A program made the translations under genes and the position numbers. Shown piece after piece: positions 1 through 7,124 of a stretch of DNA of 13,361 nt. The notes beneath the pieces are model-generated. The model made no database searches and was not told the DNA's origin. It saw only the letters and a program-made list of their open reading frames with translations. The DNA comes from Archangiaceae bacterium (lineage in GTDB: Bacteria; Myxococcota; Myxococcia; Myxococcales; Myxococcaceae): NCBI GenBank assembly GCA_043750125.1, contig JAYVCD010000167.1, positions 1-13,361 on the forward strand, written 5' to 3'. The number at the start of each line of letters is the position of its first letter. Position 1 is the first letter of the stretch.

Positions 1-461
1 AGAAAAAGTTCTGGAGCATTCCGGGGGTGGTTTCCACTTCGGTCGGCTACGCGGGAGGCACGACCCAGGGTCCGACGTACAGGGACGTCTGCTCGGGCAA
101 GACCGGTCACGCCGAAGTCGTGGCGATCGAGTTCGACCCGGCCCAGGTCAGCTACCCGGCGCTGTTGAAGGTCTTCTGGGAATCGCACAACCCAACCCAG
201 CTCAACCGTCAGGGCAACGACACCGGCACCCAATACCGCTCGGGCATCTATGCCTCGACCCCCGAACACCGTCGCCTCGCCGAGGCCTCTCAAAAGGCCT
301 ACCAGGAGCAGCTGAGCAAGGTGGGGCTCGGAACGATCAAGACCGAAATCCTCGATGCCCCGCCCTACTGGCCGGCCGAGGAATACCACCAGAAATACCT
401 CGCCAAGAATCCAGACGGGTACTGCGGCCTGGGCGGCACCGGCGTCTCGTGCCCCATCTAG
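1..461 (+). CDS. msrA: Peptide-methionine (S)-S-oxide reductase MsrA, 5' end outside the window
   Basis: Frame is open from the window edge ([19 protein letters not shown]). MsrA motifs GYAGG, PTY..VCSG.TGHAE, RQGND.GTQYRS, AEEYHQ.YL.KNP.GYC are present. The catalytic GCFW motif would lie just upstream of the window. Confidence 0.96.
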   Translation, partial: KKFWSIPGVVSTSVGYAGGTTQGPTYRDVCSGKTGHAEVVAIEFDPAQVSYPALLKVFWESHNPTQLNRQGNDTGTQYRSGIYASTPEHRRLAEASQKAYQEQLSKVGLGTIKTEILDAPPYWPAEEYHQKYLAKNPDGYCGLGGTGVSCPI

Positions 462-492
462 CTTTGGTCCCTTGAACCGCAGCGCGGGGTGT

Positions 493-726
493 CTAGGTGT
501 GAACAGGCAGGAGCTGCTCGGCGGGAAAAAAGTAGCGTGCGTGAGTCCTACGCACGTTCTCTTCCGAGTGGGCGTTAAGAACGACAACTTCGATATCGGG
601 ATCCCCAGCCTTGGCTAATTCTGCTTCAAGCCTGCGTCTTGAGGAGATTGCCCTGTCTGTGCCCAGATCCTCGAAGAGTTCCAGAACCCCGACAGAACGC
701 CGATAGATGATGAGGAATTGTTTCAT
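493..726 (-). CDS. 77-aa protein, candidate CapRel-type toxSAS antitoxin (ATcapRel / Phrann Gp30-like)
   Basis: ATG preceded by a strong SD (AAGGGAGGAGGGG). The pattern FLIIY...helix ending AE...DIEVVVL..S...R.THARYF resembles, from memory, the CapRel antitoxin domain (FLL.....VVLV....AYPNYF). Coding status is well supported; the family call is moderate. Confidence 0.62.
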   Translation of the reverse strand: MKQFLIIYRRSVGVLELFEDLGTDRAISSRRRLEAELAKAGDPDIEVVVLNAHSEENVRRTHARYFFPAEQLLPVHT

Positions 727-934
727 CCCCTCCTCCCTTACTGCTCAGACCCGAAAGATCCTTCCTAATCTTCTCGACGATCTGGGTCCAGTTGGTGCGT
801 GCTTCTTCAGTGGCAAAGCGGATTTCCCGCCACTCCCGCTCTCGCGCAGGGTCGCCCTCTAAAAAAGCTCGTCCTTCATGGATTCTTGCTTGCTGCTGAT
901 GCAGCTCTACGTCCTGAATCTCAGCTTCGGCAAT
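626..934 (-). pseudogene. Headless ORF remnant directly upstream of the 77-aa gene, possibly the C-terminal tail of the cognate toxin
   Basis: Stop-free minus frame without a start codon: IAEAEIQDVELHQQQARIHEGRAFLEGDPAREREWREIRFATEEARTNWTQIVEKIRKDLSGLSSKGGG. It is helical and charged, has the same lower GC as the 77-aa gene, and begins at the junction with the truncated methyltransferase. Confidence 0.5.
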
Positions 935-1412
935 GGACGTGGTCTTCAGCGCCGCGACGTTCCACTGGGTCAGAGATCACGCCGCCTTGTTCAAGGGCCT
1001 CGCGGGGCTGCTCAAACCCGGCGGCCGGCTGCACGCCCAATGCGGCGGGGCGGGAAATTTGCTCGGGTTTCTGACCCTCGTGCGCGAAGTCGCCCAGAGC
1101 CCGCCGTTCGCGGTCTTCCTCTCGAACTTCGAGTACCCGACCCGGTTTGCAGAGCCGGACGAAGAGCTGCCGCTGTTGGCCGCGGCAGGCTTCACCGACG
1201 CCAGAGCGTGGCTCAAGAACGCCCCCACTCCATTCGCAGCTGCCGAGGACTTCCGCACGTTCATCGCAGTCGTGGTGCTCCGGCATCCGCTCGCGCTGTT
1301 GCCCGAGAGCTTGAGGGACAAATTCCTGGACGCGGTGACCGAGCGTTGCGCGCTGGACTACAGCCTGGACTACGTCCGACTCGAGCTGCGTGCGACGCGT
1401 TCGCACGACTAG
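933..1412 (+). pseudogene. Class I SAM-dependent methyltransferase (trans-aconitate methyltransferase-like), 5'-truncated
   Basis: Begins abruptly at the internal motif DVVFSAATFHWV followed by LKPGGRL and the C-terminal DYVRL motif. The N-terminal SAM-binding motif I (LDxGCGxG) is absent, and there is an in-frame TGA at 915-917. Confidence 0.82.
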
Positions 1413-1421
1413 AGTCCCCTC

Positions 1422-1823
1422 ATGAGTCTCGCCATCGACTGGGATGCCTTGTTCGTCGCAGCAGAAACGGCTCGAAAGCGCGCCCACGCCCGCTACTCGA
1501 ACTTCCAGGTCGGAGCGGCGCTGTTCTGCGACGACGGGTCGATCATCGCCGGCTGCAATGTGGAAAACGCCAGCTACGGGTTGACGTTGTGCGCCGAGCG
1601 AAACGCGGTCGGGCACATGGTGTGCGAGGGAAAGAAGCTGGTGGCGGTCGCGATCGTGGTCGACAGCGTGAAGCCGACTCCGCCTTGCGGAATGTGCCGC
1701 CAGGTGATGGCCGAGTTTGGGCCCGCTTCGATGGAAGTCCGCAGCCGGAACCTCGCCGGCGCAGAGGAGCGATACACGCTGGGCACCCTGCTTCCCCACG
1801 CCTTTACGGCGGAATTTCTATAG
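1422..1823 (+). CDS. cdd: Cytidine deaminase (homotetrameric type)
   Basis: YSNFQVGAA, GCNVENASYGLTLCAERNA and PCGMCRQ zinc motifs; 133 aa. Confidence 0.96.
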   Translation: MSLAIDWDALFVAAETARKRAHARYSNFQVGAALFCDDGSIIAGCNVENASYGLTLCAERNAVGHMVCEGKKLVAVAIVVDSVKPTPPCGMCRQVMAEFGPASMEVRSRNLAGAEERYTLGTLLPHAFTAEFL

Positions 1824-1894
1824 CGGTTTCGAGTTGTTGGCGGAATGGGATGTAAGTTTGCGGTTTTGGGTCTAGCGGGGTGTCAAGCAACCCG

Positions 1895-3604
1895 ATGAGT
1901 ACTGAAAATATCGATGGTCGATTCGTAGTCAAAGGCCCGCTCCGTTGCGCTGGAGTGGGCTCGTTGGTGTGCGCGGAAGACACCGACGGCGCCCGCACCG
2001 CGATTCGGCTGATTCCTCAGCTGGCGCAGGGAAAAGAAGCCGTCGCGGCTGCGCTGCGGATGCCGATCCACCCGGTGCTTCCGCGGGCGATTGGTTCGGG
2101 CGCGCTCAACGGCACGGCCTGGGTAGCGCTCGACTTTCCTGAAGGCGAGCTGCTGACGAATCAGATTCCGTTGAAGACATCGGCATTGCTGACGATGGGC
2201 GCGATGATCGCGGGCGCGCTGGCGGCGTTGCACGAGAAAGACATCATCCACGGTGAGCTCTCGAGCGAATCGGTGCTGGTGGTTCCTGCCACTGCCGGAG
2301 ATCGCTTCGTATTGTTCGACGCCCCGTTGGTGGTGATGAACCGGCTGACCGACCGCCGCGGCGAAGAACGATTGCTCTCGCAGCTGACGGTCCTCGTCCC
2401 GTTTCTCTCGCCCGAGCGCGCGCGCGGAGCGAAGGCCAGCCGGTCCTCGGACGTGTGGGCGCTGGGGATGATCATCTCGATTGCCAGCGGAGCGAAGGGC
2501 GTGCCGGGCACGTCGACGCTCGAGAAGATTGCCGGAATCGTGACCAACAAGTGGCGACCGGCGGTGTCCGGCACGTTGCCCATTGCGCTGCGGCTGCTGC
2601 TGACCCGAATGCTCGCTCCCGAGCCGTCCGACCGCCCGTCGGCGATGGATTCGGCAATCGAGCTCGAGCACCTTTGTGTCGCGCTCACTGCGGTGGATCC
2701 AGTCGCCGCCTTCGAGGCCCCCGTCGTCGAGCGACTGCCGTTCGTCGAGAAGACGGTGATCGTGGACCCGTTCGAGGCACTGGTCGCAGAAGGAGTGACC
2801 GCGGTCGAAGTCACGGACCCCCAGACGGCGCAGGTCCCGGGGCCCACTGCTCCTTCCGGCCCGCTGTCGGACGAGCCCACGATGGCCTCTCTGATGCGGG
2901 GGTTGCTGATTCCCGCGCTCCCTGCAAAGCCTCGGCGCCGCACTCCCCTGCCGCTTCCGCCCATTCTCGACCCGGCGGCCCTCACCGTCCCTTCGCAGCC
3001 GGCACGCCACCCGTCCCCGGCTCCGAGGCCCGGGGTCGTGGCGTCGGTGCCTGAATTCGAGTTGCCGAATTTTACGTCGATTCAAACGATGCGGTTTGGA
3101 GCGCTGCCGGGTGCCGTGCGCCCACCCAAGCCACTGGCCGTGCTGACCGAAGATGTCGCCGATGAGGCCGCCGCGGCGCGGGCGTCGATCGAGGCTGCGG
3201 CGCCGACTCCACTGGTCGACGCCCCTTCGATTCATGACCAGGCCGAAGACGCGTTCGCCGCCAACGTTCGCCTCGGGCAGCAGCATCGGTTTCTCGCGGC
3301 GGGAATCATCGCCGGACTGCTCTTCCTCGCCATCGCCGGCCTGGTCGTGAAATCGCAGTACGACAGCCCCTCGGAGCCCAGCAACGCCGCCGAGCCGGTC
3401 AAAGCCGAGCCGGTCAAAGCCGAGCCAGTCAAAGCCGAGCCAGTCAAAGCCGAGCCGGTCGAAGTCGAGCCGCTCAAAGCCGAACGGACCCGGGCGAAGC
3501 CGGTGGCTGCCGCGGCCCCGGTGAAGGCGGCCAAGCCAGGCCACAAGACCGCCGGCGAAGAGGGTCCACGCCGGCCTGCCTCGCGCCTCGACGAAGGGGA
3601 CTGA
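1895..3604 (+). CDS. Membrane-anchored Hanks-type Ser/Thr kinase-like protein, probable pseudokinase
   Basis: N-terminal kinase fold (LAALH..IIHGEL, SPE, SDVWALG, RML..P..RP), Pro/Ala-rich linker, one TM helix ([20 protein letters not shown]) and a repeat-containing tail. Start may be the GTG at 1880 or the ATG at 1895. Confidence 0.85.
   Translation: MSTENIDGRFVVKGPLRCAGVGSLVCAEDTDGARTAIRLIPQLAQGKEAVAAALRMPIHPVLPRAIGSGALNGTAWVALDFPEGELLTNQIPLKTSALLTMGAMIAGALAALHEKDIIHGELSSESVLVVPATAGDRFVLFDAPLVVMNRLTDRRGEERLLSQLTVLVPFLSPERARGAKASRSSDVWALGMIISIASGAKGVPGTSTLEKIAGIVTNKWRPAVSGTLPIALRLLLTRMLAPEPSDRPSAMDSAIELEHLCVALTAVDPVAAFEAPVVERLPFVEKTVIVDPFEALVAEGVTAVEVTDPQTAQVPGPTAPSGPLSDEPTMASLMRGLLIPALPAKPRRRTPLPLPPILDPAALTVPSQPARHPSPAPRPGVVASVPEFELPNFTSIQTMRFGALPGAVRPPKPLAVLTEDVADEAAAARASIEAAAPTPLVDAPSIHDQAEDAFAANVRLGQQHRFLAAGIIAGLLFLAIAGLVVKSQYDSPSEPSNAAEPVKAEPVKAEPVKAEPVKAEPVEVEPLKAERTRAKPVAAAAPVKAAKPGHKTAGEEGPRRPASRLDEGD
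3389..3484 (+). repeat. In-frame 15-bp tandem repeat (GCCGAGCCRGTCAAA), ~6 copies, encoding AEPVK
   Basis: Four near-exact units at 3389-3448 plus two degenerate units and a partial unit, inside the kinase-like CDS after the TM helix. Confidence 0.95.
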
Positions 3605-3623
3605 AGCGGTCACAGCCGGTGCT

Positions 3624-4421
3624 ATGAGCGAAGGCTCTATGAGCCAGGTCGCCCTGATCACCGGAGGCACCCGCGGCGTCGGCCGCGCCCTCGCCCTCCG
3701 CCTCGCCAAACGCGGAATGGACGTAGTCGCCACTTTCCGCCGAGACACCGAAGCGGCCGAGGCGTTGAAGAAGGAAGTCGAAGCGCTGGGTCGCAAGTGC
3801 ATTGTCGCTTCGGCCGATCAGCTCGAGCCGCAGAGCCTCGAGCCCGTCTTCGCCACGATCAAAGCCGAGTTCGGTCACCTCGATGTCTTCGTCGCCAATG
3901 CCGCCTCGACGAAGTTCGCGCCGCTGATGGACACCAAGCTTCACCAGATGGACAAGACGTTCAACGTCACGGTGAAGAGCTTCTTGCTCGGCTGCCAGAA
4001 CGCCGCGCCACTGATGAAGGGGCGCAACGGGAAAATCGTCGCGGTCTCTGGAATGGATTCCCGCATCGCCCTTCCCTTCCATGGCCTGCTCGGCGCGATG
4101 AAAGGCGCGATGGAAATTCTCGTCCGCTACCTCGCCACCGAGCTGGCTTCCGATGGGATCCGCGTCAACGCGGTCAACCCGGGCTACATCGACACCGACT
4201 CTTCGCGCTTCTACGTCGGGGTCGCGCAGTGGGAAAAGATGGTGAGCCAGTTGGGCGGCATGGTGCCCACCGGAGCCATCGGCACCGCCGATGAGATCGC
4301 CGCCAGCATCGAATGGCTCTGCATCGACGAGTCCCGCTACGTCAACGCGACCACCCTGGTCGTCGACGGTGGGCTCGAAGCGAACTACCAGATGTTTTTG
4401 TCGAGCAAGCTGGCCACCTAG
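3624..4421 (+). CDS. SDR family oxidoreductase, FabL (enoyl-ACP reductase III)-like
   Basis: [11 protein letters not shown] Rossmann motif, NAAS, K.A.E.L.RYLA.EL...GIRVNAV.PG.IDTD, VDGG. Alternative start ATG at 3639 with AAGG upstream. Confidence 0.88.
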   Translation: MSEGSMSQVALITGGTRGVGRALALRLAKRGMDVVATFRRDTEAAEALKKEVEALGRKCIVASADQLEPQSLEPVFATIKAEFGHLDVFVANAASTKFAPLMDTKLHQMDKTFNVTVKSFLLGCQNAAPLMKGRNGKIVAVSGMDSRIALPFHGLLGAMKGAMEILVRYLATELASDGIRVNAVNPGYIDTDSSRFYVGVAQWEKMVSQLGGMVPTGAIGTADEIAASIEWLCIDESRYVNATTLVVDGGLEANYQMFLSSKLAT

Positions 4422-4429
4422 GCCGCCTC

Positions 4430-5152
4430 GTGCGCTTCCTGGTCACCTTCTGGTACTGGCTCGTCTTTTGTCCGACGATCGTCTTCGGCTGGTGCCTCGC
4501 CGTGCCGCTGTGGCTGGCGACGATGGGGTTCGACCCCGCGGGGAAGATCCTCCATCTGTTCGTCAACACCTGGGTCTTTCAGTACCTGAGGATCTGGCCC
4601 GGGTGGAGCGTGAAGGTGCTGCACCGCGAACGCATTCCTCAGGGCCCGTGCGTCTTCGTGGTGAACCACCAATCGATGGCCGATGTGGTGGCGGTGATGG
4701 GCCTGCGAACCCAGTACAAGTTCGTCTCGAAGGACTCGCTGTTTGCGGTGCCGATCGTCGGCTGGACGATGAAGATGTTGAAGTACATCAAGGTCGAGCG
4801 GGGCAAGCCGCACTCGATGCATCAGATGGTCGAAGAGTGTCGCTTTTGGATTCGCAAAGGCGTCCCGGTGCTGCTCTTTCCCGAAGGCACCTATTCCTCG
4901 AACCCGAAGAAGCTGCTCCCGTTCAAGCGGGGCGCGTTCATGATCGCGATCGAGGAAAAAGTTCCGCTGGTGCCGGTGTTCCTGCGGGGAACGACCGAGC
5001 TCATTCACGAGGACGGGCCGTGGATGTCGCCCCGCGCGCGGATCACGGTCGAAGTGCAGGACCCCATCGCCCCCCTGCCCGATGAGACCGACGACGCCCT
5101 GGCCAGTCGCACCCGCAGGTTGTTTGCCAGGGGCCTCGGGAAAGACATCTAG
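4430..5152 (+). CDS. plsC: 1-acyl-sn-glycerol-3-phosphate / lysophospholipid acyltransferase
   Basis: NHQS..D (HX4D), FPEGT, PFK.GAF and VPV motifs with a hydrophobic N-terminus. The GTG at 4430, just after the SDR stop, is the likely start rather than 4313. Confidence 0.9.
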   Translation: MRFLVTFWYWLVFCPTIVFGWCLAVPLWLATMGFDPAGKILHLFVNTWVFQYLRIWPGWSVKVLHRERIPQGPCVFVVNHQSMADVVAVMGLRTQYKFVSKDSLFAVPIVGWTMKMLKYIKVERGKPHSMHQMVEECRFWIRKGVPVLLFPEGTYSSNPKKLLPFKRGAFMIAIEEKVPLVPVFLRGTTELIHEDGPWMSPRARITVEVQDPIAPLPDETDDALASRTRRLFARGLGKDI

Positions 5153-5156
5153 GCTT

Positions 5157-5306
5157 TCATTCAGGGCTTACCGGGCGAGGGATGAGCTGGGCTATCAGCC
5201 GACCTTCCGCCGAGCACTCGATCAGCGTCGCCAACCGTTTCGCCTTTGTTTCTTCTCTCTTCGCAGACACCACCCAGTGGGTAGCGACCCGCTGGTACCC
5301 CGGGGG
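5157..5306 (-). pseudogene. 3' fragment of a YdeI/OmpD-associated (bacteriocin-protection) family gene
   Basis: A frame absent from the ORF track reads PPGYQRVATHWVVSAKREETKAKRLATLIECSAEGRLIAQLIPRPVSPE*. This matches the family's C-terminal PP.Y.....W..SAK.EET...RL..LI..S..G signature. No start or N-terminal part remains. Confidence 0.78.
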
Positions 5307-6200
5307 CCGCGGCGTGCTCGAGCACCAACAGCGCCACGTCGTAGGTGGTCTTCACCCGCGTCGCGTAGTCCTTCCAGGAATGGGTTTCGACCAGCACCCC
5401 GAAGCGGTGGTGCGAGGCCCAGTACGCGTGGGAAATGCGCAGGGGAGGAACCCCGTACCCGAACCCGGACAGCGGCTCGTCGTTCTTCTAAAACGCGGGG
5501 CAGAAATCGAGCGGCATCTGGCCCAGCGCGGTCAGCTCTTTCATCAGTGCATCACTGAGCTCGAAGCCCAGGGCGTTGAGCTCAGCGGTGCCACTGAAGC
5601 GGGGCTCGGGTGTCACCCCGACGTCGGGTTGGAACTTCGCTCCGTCGGTGACGTGCAGGTCCGCAAAGAGAATCGGGTCGTACTTCAGCAGCAACTTCAA
5701 CATCGCCTGCATCTCGGGTGCGTCGGCCTTGATCCAGTCGCGATTCAAGTTCAGGTTCTGCGAGGTGACGCGCCACCCCATCTGCTCGGGGCCATTCTGG
5801 TTGGGGCGATTGTTGGGGCCGTACCGTTCGTGGCCGTCGACGTTGATCACCGGGACGAAGACGAAGGTCACCCGCCCCAGCAACCCCGGCGACTGTTTCC
5901 CGTCGAGCAGCTGGCGCAACAGCCAGAAGCCCGCATCTTTGCCGTCGATTTCTCCGGCGTGAATGCCTCATTCCATCAGCACGACCGGGCGCTGCCGCTG
6001 GCCACCAGCGCGAGCATCGGCCGACCTTCGGGCGTGGTGCCGAACTTCTCGCACTTCACCTTCCCCGGAAATCGCTTCGGAAAGGCCGCGCACAGCCGCT
6101 CGACTTCTTCGTAGCGTCCGGTCTGCTTCCACCCGGAGCTTTCGGCGGTCGTCGACAGCGGGTCAGCGGCGAGAAGCAACAGGGACACGAGAAGCGCCAT
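5307..6200 (-). pseudogene. M14 zinc carboxypeptidase pseudogene (secreted)
   Basis: Signal peptide and AGGAG SD; motifs FG.TPEGR, GIHAGEIDG (HxxE), NVDGHE, NLNRD, DLHVTDG, LVETHSWK. Lesions: frameshift near 5985-6000, in-frame TGA at 5968-5970, in-frame TAG at 5488-5490, and 3' truncation near 5307. Confidence 0.9.
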
Positions 6201-6217
6201 GATTGTCTCCTACTCCC

Positions 6218-6278
6218 GAGCGGTGGAGACAGCGATCGCTTTTGAGCGCCTGAAATGTTCCCACCCGGCCCCGAGATG
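6218..6278 (+). repeat. Duplicated leader segment, copy A
   Basis: Exact 21-mer GAGCGGTGGAGACAGCGATCG (6218-6238 = 7125-7145). Similarity continues through GCGCCTGA, ATGTTC and CCGAGATG. Confidence 0.88.
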
Positions 6279-6338
6279 CGAGCCGCGTGACGAAGAGGAC
6301 CACCCGACGCTGGGCACCCTTCCCCCCCTCGTCAGGTC

Positions 6339-6547
6339 GAAGAGCTTCGGCCAGGCACGTCGGCGGTTCGTCCTCGGTGGAGCACGAAGTCCCGAACTTC
6401 CCGAAGTGGCTTTTGTGTCCAGAAGTCGCAGCACCCCGCTTTTGTCCCTGCCGACGCCGGAAATCGCGGGGTCCGATGGCGACTCGATTGAGCAGGAAGG
6501 AAGTCGTTCGATCTATTCGCGCCGGGTTTCCCCCGGGGACGTCCCAC
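6339..6547 (+). ncRNA. Candidate structured ncRNA / repeat unit, copy 1 (unassigned family)
   Basis: About 83% identical to 6858-7062 by hand alignment. Several hairpins are shared by both copies, with G-U pairs on the + strand and pairing-preserving changes. The repeat itself is certain; RNA function is inferred. Confidence 0.55.
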
Positions 6548-6629
6548 CTTTTCAAACGGGTGATCGGCAAGTCCGAGCACGTGCCGGGCAGTTGAAGAAG
6601 TTGAGCGCCCGTTTGCATTGAACGGGTGG
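6544..6629 (+). repeat. Long imperfect inverted repeat (hairpin)
   Basis: CCACCTTTTCAA/TTGAACGGGTGG (11/12 pairs) followed by ACGGGTGATCGGC/GTTGAGCGCCCGT (12/13 pairs counting G-U). Confidence 0.75.
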
Positions 6630-6694
6630 AAGGGGTTCACCAGATTTGCCCAACCGCTGTTGGAATCGCTTCAAACGGCCAATGGCAACCGAGG

Positions 6695-6774
6695 TGGTGT
6701 GGGTTACCCCCAGTGGTGTGGCTGACCGTCGAACCGCGGGGGTCAATCAACACCAGTGGGGGTGGGCCACACCA
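6695..6774 (+). repeat. Long imperfect inverted repeat (~33-bp arms)
   Basis: TGGTGTGGGTTACCCCCAGTGGTGTGGCTGACC (6695-6727) pairs with GGTCAATCAACACCAGTGGGGGTGGGCCACACCA (6741-6774), with 3 mismatches, 1 bulge and G-U pairs. Confidence 0.88.
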
Positions 6775-6857
6775 GATGGACAAAACCGTGGGGTTTCCGG
6801 TGCTCAAAGCGTTCTTGGGGTGACCTGACAGGCGCGAACGCCCGGCTCCCACGCAAG

Positions 6858-7062
6858 GAAGAGCTTCGGGTCGGACTTCGGCGGTTCGTCCTCGGTGGAG
6901 CGCGCGAAGTCCCGCACTTCCCGAAGAGGTTTCTGCTTCCAGAAGTCACCGCACCCGCCTGTCTTCCCTGCCGACGCCGGAAGTCGCGTTCTCCGATGGT
7001 GACTCGATTGAGCGAGAAGAGAGTCGCTCGATCTGGGTGGGTTTCCCCCAGGGGCGTGCCAC
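6858..7062 (+). ncRNA. Candidate structured ncRNA / repeat unit, copy 2 (unassigned family)
   Basis: Second copy, 519 bp downstream of copy 1. Shares exact blocks such as CGGCGGTTCGTCCTCGGTGGAGC, TCCCTGCCGACGCCGGAA and GACTCGATTGAGC. Confidence 0.55.
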
Positions 7063-7124
7063 TAAAGTCGATTCACGGCCAATGCCGCCCAGGAGGTGGG
7101 GGTTACCCACGACCTCGACCAACA

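Noticed and set aside
878-1855. 325-aa plus ORF and 292-aa minus ORF (921..1799)
   Set aside because: Alternative frames over the methyltransferase and cdd, with no recognisable motifs.
3389-3484. 15-bp repeats as a CRISPR or mobile-element signal
   Set aside because: Head-to-tail with no spacers and in frame within a CDS.
1883-3802. 639-aa minus-strand ORF
   Set aside because: Antisense shadow of the GC-rich kinase-like gene; Arg/Gly-rich with no motifs.
4313-4429. N-terminal extension of the acyltransferase ORF
   Set aside because: Overlaps the SDR gene by over 100 bp; the GTG at 4430 gives a normal-length protein.
5488-5970. Stop-codon recoding (Sec/Pyl or alternative code) in the M14 gene
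   Set aside because: Both TGA and TAG occur together with a frameshift and a truncation, and both codons terminate intact neighbouring genes.
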